From: Prasinococcaceae sp. CCMP 1430
Lineage: Eukaryota; Plantae; Prasinodermophyta
Assembly (NCBI GenBank): GCA_013416795.1
Contig: RQSC01000027.1
Span: 652,416 to 716,415, forward strand
Length of the DNA stretch: 64,000 nucleotides
Reading direction: 5' to 3'
The notes under the pieces were generated by a model that worked only from the letters and a program-made list of their open reading frames with translations, was not told the origin of the DNA and did not search any database. This document shows positions 11,158 through 19,997 of this stretch, one piece after another. Numbering within the stretch: the stretch's first letter is position 1; the number at the start of each line of letters is the position of its first letter. Made by a program: the position numbers and the translations under genes.

Positions 11158-13580
11158 TCAATACGGCGCGGCGCTGTACTCTCTGTACAAGTCACCCGCG
11201 CGATTGCAGTCGTGGATGCTGCAGTCCCACTTGGGCCGTTTGCATACGAGCCGGTGCCCCCCTTCCTCCCAATCCTTTCGTTGGCACACCGCGTCGCAGT
11301 AGAAGGCGGATTTGCACACCTGCCGTGCGAGCAGAGGACGGTGGGCGCGCAGGATGATGTTAGCTCCACGCCACCAGCAGTCGCGTTTTGGCTGCGGTGA
11401 CTGCACGCGCATGTTGCTGGCCTACGCACTTTGCACCTCTTAGCGTCGAAGAGAAATTTGCCGCATCCCTTCCATGAGCATTGCCTTTCTCTGGCGATCT
11501 CGCGCACGCGGCGAGCGGCCATGGCCTTACGCACGTATCGCAGACTCGTATGCTCCATCACGCTCGTGTAATCCCAGCGCGCCTCACCGACCGCGCCCTG
11601 GCGTTCCGCCTCCCAGTCACGCGTTGGCGGCGGTCGTGGGGGTGCATCGCGAGCAGCGATTTGCTTTGGGCTCTCACCGGTTGCATCGCGGTCGGACTCA
11701 TCGAGTCCTATCTCAACCAAGGCCTGTGGAACAAATGCGCAAGGGCGAAGACGCGCCCATCGCACAAGCGCGCGGTGTCAGCCTGACCGCGCGCAGCAGG
11801 TTTGCACGATGCGCCGCGAGTAGCCGCACGCACACACCCACCCCTCTGCCCCCTGGCCCCACGCGCGCGCCCCCCACGCGCGCACCTTGAACGTGCGCCT
11901 CGCGCCGAACGTGGCAGCGTAGTGCAGCGCGGTGCGCCCGCGAGAGTCTGCGCGGTGCACAGCGCTGGGCCACGCCTCCACGAGCGCCGCGAGCGTCCTT
12001 GGCGCGTCGTGAATAGCTGCGAGCATGTGTGGGGTGCGACCACCGCGCACGGTCGGACATTCGTCAGGGCCGTAACGCTTCGCGTGTATCTCACAGAGCT
12101 TGGCCACCAGCGGGATCGTCTTGGACTCGATTGCGTAGAAGAGTGCCGGCCATCCGGCGGAGTCGTGGTCCCAGGTAGAAACGAGATCTCCCTCGTCTCC
12201 GTCCCTTTCCTTCGCTTGTCTCGCAGCCTGCCCACATGCGAGCGAACGCATCAACGGATTCGCTCCAAGCGCCAGAAGCTCGTCGAAGGCCTCGACGCAG
12301 TTAGGTCCAGCGTAGTGCGCGGCGTAGTGCACAGGCGCGCGCCCGCCGTCGCCATCAGCACGCTGCGCGGGCGTGCGAGCGTGAACATCTGCGCCTGCCT
12401 GCGCGAGGTCACCAAAGCATCCGCTCGCGCCTACGGCAGCCGCAACATGCAGCGGCGTTAGGCCAGCGTCATTGGTCGCGCGAGCGTCCGCGCCGAGCTG
12501 CAGGAGCCAGCGCACGAGCTCCGTGTGGCGGCCCTCCACCGCGCGCATGAGCGGCGTATCACCACCTTCGTCTCGCGCATCGATATTGGCGCCCGCCGCC
12601 GCAAGCTCCTCGGCAACTTCGACATGGCCGCAACGGCAGGCGATATGTAGTGGCGTCGAGCCATGTGGCCCACCCGCGTGGTCGGCACGCGCACCCGCCG
12701 CGAGCAGGGCGCGCGCAACCCCGAGCCGGTCGGCGGCGGCGGCCACATGCAGCGGCGTGCCACGACGCGCCACGTAGAGGCTGGCGCCCGCAGGCACGGC
12801 ACGCTTGAATCCTAGCCTGCGTGCCGTGTTGATTTCTTCCTGGGTCGCACCAGTGGCACGCATGCGCTCCTCAAGGTCGGCGTCGGCGTCGCCGTCACCG
12901 TAGTCGACCGCGTCGACGTCCGCCCAGTTGTCTGCGAGCATCGTGACGACTGCCGCATGGCCGTTGTTCGCCGCGAGATGCAGCGGCGTGAGCAGCTCAG
13001 CGTCGGCCTCGGAGGGGCGTGCCCCAGCCTTGAGGAGCAGGGAGACGCACTGTGGCTCGCCTGCGGCGGCTGCGCAGTGCAGAGCCGTCGAATCAGCGAG
13101 GTCGGTTGCGTCGACGCTCACGCCCTGTGCGAGCAGGTAGCCGACCATGCCGAGGCGCGCGCTCACGCCGGCGCCCGAGCACGTCGCGAGATGCAGGCAT
13201 GTCATGCCGCACGCCGACCTGTCCTCGTCGCGCCACTCGAGCGAAGCCCCCGTGCTGACACAGGTCGCGACATCGGCCACACTGGCGTGCACCCCGATGG
13301 CATTGTGCAACGCCGCGCGCAGCGTGGCGGGCGTCCAGCGAACGACGCGGCCCTTGCCCTCGTCATGCCGCCGGAAGATGTCGGCGTCCTCTCGCTCGAG
13401 CTGCGAGCGCGTACCGAGCAACTCGTCGACGCGCTCCGTCGCCTCGCGTGCCAGCTCCGCGGCCGCTCTCGCCCGCCGCTCCCCCTCGCCGCGTTCCTCG
13501 TGCGCCGGGCCATCTGGATCGTACTCGCGCAGCCGCCACGCCGGCCAGCGCACTCGTCGCGGCGCCACGCGCGACGCCAT
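11158..13580 (-). CDS. Ankyrin-repeat protein with C-terminal MYND zinc finger (3 exons)
   Basis: Multiple TPLH/TALH ankyrin repeats. Introns 11724-11885 and 11320-11429 join to CSWKGC...KRCK|VCKSAFYCDAVCQRKDWEEGGHRLVC (MYND). Confidence 0.85.
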
Positions 13581-13605
13581 CGCAGCCGTGCGCCGGGGCG
13601 AGTGC

Positions 13606-13737
13606 GTGGTGGTCTACCCCGAGGGCACCTGGTACACCTATGTGGACGCAGCCGATATCGACGAGATCGTCGAATCGCACCTCAAGAACGGCCAGGTGGT
13701 GGAACGCCTGGTCACGCCAGCGGAACTTGGTCGCTGA
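13606..13737 (+). pseudogene. 3' fragment of a bacterial thioredoxin-like [2Fe-2S] ferredoxin gene
   Basis: VVVYPEGTWYTYVDAADIDEIVESHLKNGQVVERLVTPAELGR* matches the family C-terminal pattern (vvYPeg.WY..v...D..EIv..Hl..G..VerL). The Cys-containing N-terminal half is absent. Confidence 0.8.
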
Positions 13738-13756
13738 TACGGGCTCCATCCCGCTT

Positions 13757-13822
13757 CGGTTTTTGAATGATTTGGCTGCTTGCGCCTGATGGATAAGCGT
13801 TTGCAGCTATTAATAGAGTAGC
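13757..13822. repeat. Imperfect palindromic intergenic element resembling Comamonadaceae REP-like repeats
   Basis: GATTTGGCTGCTTGCGCCTGATGGATAAGCGTTTGCAGCTATTAATAGAGTAGCA has arms GCTGC..CGC / GCG..GCAGC. The GATAAGCG..GCAGCTAT motif matches my recollection of Acidovorax/Variovorax/Comamonas intergenic repeats. Confidence 0.6.
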
Positions 13823-13828
13823 AATCCC

Positions 13829-13877
13829 GTGAATGCCCAGACCGAACGCCTGACCCTGACCGGCCCCGCAGGCGCCA
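13829..13877 (+). pseudogene. 5' fragment of a bacterial alpha/beta hydrolase gene (GTG start)
   Basis: GTG AAT GCC CAG ACC GAA CGC CTG ACC CTG ACC GGC CCC GCA GGC GCC = MNAQTERLTLTGPAGA, resembling the N-terminus of the hydrolase that I recall follows this ferredoxin in Burkholderiales. Similarity stops abruptly. Confidence 0.6.
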
Positions 13878-15024
13878 ACATTAGATATGCACGCTGGGTG
13901 CCTGCGAAGAAGTTGCTCCATGGATAGATGTCCGAGAGGTTACCCGGGAAGAGTCCTGCAAACGAGCTCCCCGCCCCGGGCCCACCCACAACTCCGCCAC
14001 TCGAGACCAGCGCCGCGCCCCACCGCACTTGCTCGTGGGAAAAATTGGTTAGGGTTATGATTAGGGTTAGACCCCGACAATACAAATTATCGATGCGTGC
14101 ACGCGATCTTTTTTGCACGCCATCAAATGAATCATTGATGGCGGAGGGACCCTGTGCGCGTTGACGCGGGGACCCGCGGCATCGGGCGGGACTCGGACCC
14201 TCGGCGCACCGGTTTTGACGCCAGGACCCGCGGATGGGTGACGGGGGCGCGAGCGCCAGCCCGTCTGCATGCATGCATGCCTGCATGCGAGCCCTCGGGC
14301 CGCCGAGGTCCTCCGGTCGGCCGCCCGCGTGACGCACGACCTTCGTGGTACACACACGGTAGAAGCGCGTGCGCCCATCACACCAGCACCCTGAGGTCGC
14401 CGAGGGAGTCGCAAAGGCGCTTAGCCCTGTCTGTGCAGGCGCAGGCGCCGATTGCGGCAGCAGCGAGTCTCGCGTAACGCCGCTTGCTGATGGCCGCGGC
14501 GCCACGCCTGCGCCTGCTCCTCGACGCGCGAAAAGATACGTGACAGTGCCGCCGCGCGTGCGCTCGCGACCATGTCAGCCGCACACCGGTCAGCACCGGG
14601 ACGGACGCGTGGTACGCACACACGCTCTCACCTCGGGTCGCCGACGAACGAACGATGGTGGCTCACGAACGCCGAGTGACCTCGGAGGGAGCCGCGCGCG
14701 TGGCACACAGTCCGACCGGGGCGTGGGGGGGCGCAGCCGGCGCCGAGCCGAGGTCGCGCGGTCGCGTGGGGGCCGTGGGAGTGCGTCTCCGCGCGGACAA
14801 TGGCAATGTCACGCGATGCGCCGCGTGCGTTTTGATACGAGGAAAATATGAAAAATGGATGGCTTCGGCTTGCCGGGAAAACGCCGCGAGCGTGCGCGCG
14901 CCCGCAGTTACCTGCTGCGATGGCGAGCGCCGCGCCGCGCCGCGCTGACGCGCGGCGCGATCCTCTCCCCGACCTCTTTCCCGTGTGCGCACTACCCCGC
15001 ACGCGCTTGCGCGCGCACCCACAG

Positions 15025-15731
15025 AGGCCGTCCTCGGCTCGGGTAAGGCCTCCATCGTCAAGTTCCTCGCTCCTTGGTGAGGTCACTGTAAGGCCATGAA
15101 GCCCGATTGGGACAAGCTTGGCAAGAAGTACGCAGACAACAGCAACGTGATGATCGTTGATGTTGACTGCACCGCGGCGGGGCAGGGTACCTGCCAGAAG
15201 GTCGGCGTCAAGGGCTACCCGGTGCGTGCGCGCGAAAGCGCATGCTTCGCACTCGCGGGCTCAGCCGGCTGCTGCCGAGCCGCGCGAGGTCGGCGCGGCC
15301 AGCGCACGGCTGACGCGTGCGCGTGTGTGCCATCGCGCTTGCTGGCCGCGCAGACCATAAAGTATTACTTGCCCAACGAGAAGAAGGGCAAGGACTACCA
15401 GGGCGGACGTGACTTCGACTCGCTGGCATCGTTCGTTGAGTCGAAGCTCAACAAAGCCACCTGCGACGCGGTCACGAAGAAAGGCTGCGCGGCGAACGAG
15501 ATCGCCTTCCTCGAGAAGCACGCCACTTCCACGCTCGACGAGATCAAGGAGGCGCTCAAGGGCAAGAACGACGACCTCAAGCAGATTCGCAAGGACAAGT
15601 CGAAGGCACAGGCCGAGGCCAAGCAGAAGGAGAGGGAGTTCACGAAGAAGGAGAAACTCACGCAGAAGTCCATCGGCCTGCTCAAGCAGCTCGAGAAGGC
15701 CGGCGGCGCTCCCAAGAAGGAAGAGCTCTAG
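15025..15731 (+). CDS. Thioredoxin/PDI-like selenoprotein with UGHC active site (first exon not located)
   Basis: After acceptor CAG at 15024: AVLGSGKASIVKFLAPW-TGA(15078-15080)-GHCKAMKPDWDKL...VDCT...GVKGYP|TIKYY...YQGGRDFDSL (intron 15222-15353). TGA sits at the first Cys position of the WCGHC motif. Confidence 0.85.
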
Positions 15732-15863
15732 CTCGCGGCCTCGCGGCAGTCGTGGGCGTACGCCGAGCCCAGCGCTCCAGCGCTTGCGCGATGGCTTCCC
15801 ACGCAGCGCCCGCCGGCGCCACCCGCCCCGCTGGGCGGCTCCTTCCCGCAATGCCACCACGTG

Positions 15864-15924
15864 CACGGTGCTCATGACGCCGCCTCCCACAGGCCATTGT
15901 GCCGGGGGGAAGGCCGACACAGTG
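15864..15924 (+). promoter_or_regulatory. Candidate SECIS element in the selenoprotein 3' UTR
   Basis: ATGA (15874-15877) and GA (15916-15917) can form the G.A quartet. Helix II: GCCGCCTCCC/GGGGGAAGGC with 2 mismatches. Helix I: CACGGT/ACAGTG. Apical mini-stem GGC/GCC. The apical AA motif is non-canonical (ACA). Confidence 0.5.
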
Positions 15925-16338
15925 AATCATCATCACTGACCGCGCGCGGCAGCGAGGGGAGGGGTCGGACGGCTGGCGGCGGGAGGCGGCGGCGCTGTGC
16001 TGCGTGTGCTGCCTGCCGGCGCTGAGACGCACACGGTTTTCCAGTCAAGAGAGGGTAGGGCGGCCCTCACCCACTACTGTAATCGGGGGGGGCACGCGCT
16101 GCCAAATCTCAATCCGTTCACTTCGAGCGCGGCTGCGTGTGTCGACGGCTGCGCGCTGACGATGCGCGCTCGAGGGCCCAACCCCCAAGCGCGAGCTGCC
16201 GCGCGGCGCTGCGCAGCGCGACGGCCACGTGCGCCACGCACTGTGTCACTTGTGCAAGTCGAGGTCTTAAAATTTAGCTCTCCGAGTCGGTAGCACTGCG
16301 ACTCGTTCCCATCTGTGTCGCCGTTCACATTCGACGTA

Positions 16339-16986
16339 TTAGAACGGCCCGTTGCTCGCGCTGGGCTGCACAAGCAACTCCGTGCTCTGGTCGCCAATGA
16401 GCGGGTTTGCTTCACCGCTGCCGACGGGAACCATCAGGTCGTCGTCCTCGCGCACAGCGCAGCACGCGAGCGCGGCGGTCGCGCCCTCTCGAAGGGTGCC
16501 GCCATGATTTCTCCGGACGGAAGGTCGGTTGAACACCATGTGGCCCACTGCCAAGCCAACCGCCACAGCGAGGAACAGCTCCAGCTGGTATGTCATGGCC
16601 ACCAGCATGAGGGTGTAGCCCAAGATGACCTGCACGAGGTAGAGCATGCCTTCCACGAGCGTCCAAAGCATCCTGCTGGCGTTGCTATCGATGAGGGAAG
16701 CACCGCTGCCCTGTGCCGACGCCAGCGCGGAGACCCCCCCCCAGTGGCCTCCGCCGGCGACTGCCGCGCGACGCAGCGCGACGCACGCCTCTGCCATCAC
16801 CGAGAGCACGAACGTGCCCGCCACCGCGTACCAAAACTTGTAGGGCGTGTCGATCACCCACTTCGGCCACAGGTACGCGATGCAGCCCACGTCGCCGTCG
16901 CCGTATTCTGAGTACATGCGGAAGCCCTGCATGGACATGTCCATTGCCATGCCCTGCACGCAGAAACCGCCATCTCCCGCCGACAT
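16339..16986 (-). CDS. Ctr/COPT-family copper transporter
   Basis: Met-rich N-terminus (MAMDMSM), three predicted TM segments, GYTLMLVAMTY (MxxxM) and AVGLAVGH (GxxxG). Confidence 0.85.
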   Translation of the reverse strand: MSAGDGGFCVQGMAMDMSMQGFRMYSEYGDGDVGCIAYLWPKWVIDTPYKFWYAVAGTFVLSVMAEACVALRRAAVAGGGHWGGVSALASAQGSGASLIDSNASRMLWTLVEGMLYLVQVILGYTLMLVAMTYQLELFLAVAVGLAVGHMVFNRPSVRRNHGGTLREGATAALACCAVREDDDLMVPVGSGEANPLIGDQSTELLVQPSASNGPF

Positions 16987-17022
16987 CGCCGCGGCGTGGC
17001 CACGGCCGCGGCCGCGGCCGCG

Positions 17023-17132
17023 GCCACCTCCTGCGCGCGGGCGCCAACCGCGCGCTGCAGGCGCCCCCTACCCCCTACAGCGGCCGCAGCCACCTCCTGT
17101 GCGCGGGCACACGCCGCGCGCTGCAGGCGCCC
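17023..17132. repeat. Two ~44-bp direct repeats with a 66-bp period upstream of the Ctr gene
   Basis: GCCACCTCCTGCGCGCGGGCGCCAACCGCGCGCTGCAGGCGCCC (17023-17066) vs GCCACCTCCTGTGCGCGGGCACACGCCGCGCGCTGCAGGCGCCC (17089-17132). Confidence 0.8.
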
Positions 17133-17265
17133 TTTCCCCCCCCGCCCCACCCCACCCCCGGGCGCGCGCGCGCGTGAGAGAGCGAGGGAGTGGGTGCACG
17201 GGCAAGCGAGCCAGCGAGCGCGAGAGAGCGCTGGCGGAGCGCGTGGCCGCCTCCGACTGGCCTCC

Positions 17266-17358
<93 letters not shown>

Positions 17359-17359
17359 N

Positions 17360-17550
17360 CGTGCTGGGCGTGCCCATGGTGGTCGTGCTGCCCACGCAAG
17401 CGCTGGAGGTCTTCAAGGGCGGCGCCGGGGGGATCGCCGGCCTCTTGTGCCGCCTCCCAGGCGCGCTGGGAGACTTCTTTACACGTCGCGTCAATGCTGC
17501 CCTTCTCGCTGCGGCGGGTGCGTTGGCATGGCCGAACCGATGGGCAGGTC
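17360..17550 (+). CDS. Fragment of a cyanobacterial/plastid-type lipid-A-disaccharide-synthase (LpxB)-like glycosyltransferase
   Basis: LGVPMVVVLPTQAL...GIAGLLCRLPG...LAWPNRWAG matches the LGvPMiVllPTQqL...GlpGLLanLPG...aWPNiWAG segment of this family as I recall it. 5' part lost at poly-C/N17359. Confidence 0.6.
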
Positions 17551-18292
17551 GTGTTTGGTGCGTGGCGGGCGCCGCGAGGGCGTGGGCGTGTGCCAATGCA
17601 CTCGCGCGTGGCTGACCGTGCGCACCACGACTTGCCGCCACCGCGCGCGGGTTCGCGCGCCCCGCCGAACAGACCTCGACGGCCTGCTGTGGCGGCCTGA
17701 GCTCTATCAGATGCGCATGCCGTTGAGAAGAACGAAGGAAGGCACGGTCGTCGACGCCACAGGCGAGGAACTGACTTTGTATCCTGCCGCGCGGCGCGTG
17801 CTCGCTCAGCTCGCCTTTGACGCGCGCTTTGAGAATACGAAGGTCGCGTGGGCCTCACGAACGCACCAGAAAAAGGACGCCACGCGGGCATTTGACTGGT
17901 TCTTCGTGAGCGAGGCTGAGGCCCCAGGCAGCGCGGGCGACAGCGGCGACGCGGCGTCACTGGCGCTGTCGGAGATTGCTGCACACTGCCAGATCGCGAG
18001 CGGCACTAAACAGGTGCACCTGACGAGGCTCTCCGAAGCCTCCGGCGTGCCACTCTCGGAGTGCGTCTTCCTCGACAACGAACGCTGGAACATCACCGAG
18101 GTGTCCAAGTTGGGCGTCATCTCCATTTACTGCCCACGGGGGCTGACGGACGCGCATTGGGAAGAGGCGCTCTATGAGTACGAGAAAAAAGTCGCGCGTA
18201 GAGGGGGCGGTGGTGGTGGTGGCGGCGGCGGCGGCAGTAGGAAGGCTGGCGCCACCGTGAAGCGCCAGAAGGGGCGCTCGCGCCGGCGATAG
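17494..18292 (+). CDS. MDP1: Magnesium-dependent phosphatase 1 (MDP-1), HAD family
   Basis: VVF|DLDGLLW across intron 17558-17672, ELTLYPAARRVL, AWASRT, TKQVHLTRL, VFLDNERWNITEVSKLGV. Start codon tentative. Confidence 0.8.
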
Positions 18293-18309
18293 GGACTTGT
18301 ACACATATC

Positions 18310-19806
18310 TTACAACACCGGAGGCGCAGAGACGTCGAGCAATTGCGCACACAGCGGCGCCACGCAGGCAGCGTCGGCGTCCCCCAAGACGACCGCGAGA
18401 AAGCGGCGGTCCGAGCGGCACACGCTCACCTCGATCACGCCACTGAATCCGAGCGCCTCAAGAGTAGGCGCCAGTGGCGCCGGCGAGAAGAACGCGTGCG
18501 CCCTGGCGAGCGGGCGCAGTGCGACCAGCAGCGAGCGCAGGGCGGTGCAATTGTCACCACCGCCCATTGCCCTCGCCGCCGCGCCTCCGACGTGCACCAT
18601 GCGGCCATGCGGCAGGTTGCTGACGCACGCGTCGGCCTGAAATCCCAGCCCCTCACAATCGAGCGCGGAGGCATCCCAAACATCGACATGCGGGCGAGAG
18701 GACGCAGCCTGGGCGTCTTCTCCTGCTGCCATGCCGAGGCGTGTCACGTGCGCCTCGTCGACGGCGTCTTCGAAGGCCGCCAGGTTTGCCGTGGCCGTCG
18801 CGGCCATCGCGGGCACACAGTCCCCGCCCTGGGCGATGGCGCCGCGCAGCCATGCCGCATGCAGCACGCCGCCGCTGCCGCAACAGGGGTCGAGCACGCG
18901 CGCGCCGTGCGCCCTCCCCGCGGCGGCGCGTGCACGTAGCGCGGCATTCACCGCCACACCCGCCAGGTCTGCCTTGATCCCCGCGCAGTACACGGTCGGC
19001 GCGAGCGCCCAGTCGGCCGCAGCTGGCCAGGGCGCGCGGGCAGCCTGGGTCACGAGGCCCAGCAGGTAGCCAAAACGAGTCTCAACACAAGCGACCCGCA
19101 TCGGTGGCGCGGTGGCTGGGGCGCTGCCATCGCACACGCGCGGCGGTGTTGGCCCGAACGCACGGCGCAGCGCGTCGTGTAGCTGAGTCTGCGAGCTGTC
19201 GCGGTGCGTCGAGCACCGCTCAATCGTCTCGTAGTGCACAGCCAACCCCACGCCGCCCAAATGCGCCGCCACGTCGTGCGCAGCAGCGACGATGCCGTCC
19301 GGCGTCGCGCTGGCACCGAGTGGCAGCAGCTCAGCGCGCAACGTGACGGCCGCGGCGAGCGTTCCCGGCGCCAGTGGTAGCGGCATGGCGACCAGTGCGC
19401 GAGACAGAGGAGCACTGCCCGGCGGGGCAAATGCAGCCGCCTCGAGCGCCGCCGCACCTCCGATATCGACGCGGCGGCTGAGGAGCAGCCAACGCCGTGC
19501 TGTCACTGCAGCTGCCGATGGCGGCGCTCCTCCAGCGCAGAGTGCTGCAGCGGCGGCGGCCGCGCGAGCTACCACGTCGCAGGCCTCCAGCGCGTCAACG
19601 TGCCCAGCGGCCGGCGCAGCCGCGGCCGGAAAGCGCCCGCGCCGTGGGCCGCAGCGCGTGCGCCAGCGAAGCGCCCCCACAGCCGCGGCATCCGCCGAGG
19701 GCGCGCGCTGCGCGCGCCCCCACCGGCGCCGCCGCAGCGCGCATTGCGGCGCGTGTGCCGCGGCGAGAGAGCCTGCCGAGCGGATCGGCGCGAAGGTTTT
19801 TGACAC
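18310..19806 (-). CDS. Class I SAM-dependent methyltransferase, probably an RNA methylase of the UPF0020/TRM11-like type
   Basis: VLDPCCGSGG (motif I), GGD (motif II), DACVSNLPHG (NPPY-like motif IV). Start uncertain. Confidence 0.65.
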   Translation of the reverse strand: MSKTFAPIRSAGSLAAAHAPQCALRRRRWGRAQRAPSADAAAVGALRWRTRCGPRRGRFPAAAAPAAGHVDALEACDVVARAAAAAAALCAGGAPPSAAAVTARRWLLLSRRVDIGGAAALEAAAFAPPGSAPLSRALVAMPLPLAPGTLAAAVTLRAELLPLGASATPDGIVAAAHDVAAHLGGVGLAVHYETIERCSTHRDSSQTQLHDALRRAFGPTPPRVCDGSAPATAPPMRVACVETRFGYLLGLVTQAARAPWPAAADWALAPTVYCAGIKADLAGVAVNAALRARAAAGRAHGARVLDPCCGSGGVLHAAWLRGAIAQGGDCVPAMAATATANLAAFEDAVDEAHVTRLGMAAGEDAQAASSRPHVDVWDASALDCEGLGFQADACVSNLPHGRMVHVGGAAARAMGGGDNCTALRSLLVALRPLARAHAFFSPAPLAPTLEALGFSGVIEVSVCRSDRRFLAVVLGDADAACVAPLCAQLLDVSAPPVL

Positions 19807-19997
19807 GCTCGGGGACGGGGACGCTCACCACACGGCGCGCGCAAGGCGTGCGCTCTGTGTGTGTGTGTACTCGCGCCGAGCGCGCCCGCGCGCTTGCGTG
19901 CCTGTGCGGCGCGCCCTCCGCCCTGCTCGGTGCGCGGCTGGCGCGGGCGCCCGGCAGGCGCAGGAGGGACCTGCGGGCTCCCCCGCGGCGGCTCGGC

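Noticed and set aside
17267-17358. 92-nt poly-C run, giving poly-Pro/poly-Gly ORFs
   Set aside because: Abuts an N. Most likely a sequencing or assembly artefact at a gap edge; similar G/C runs flank the gaps at 3702, 31520, 50699 and 55911.
17360-17500. His-rich minus-strand reading (QHDHHGHAQH) as a Ctr N-terminus
   Set aside because: It is the antisense of the LpxB-like plus-strand sequence and is separated from Ctr by a gap and an in-frame stop.
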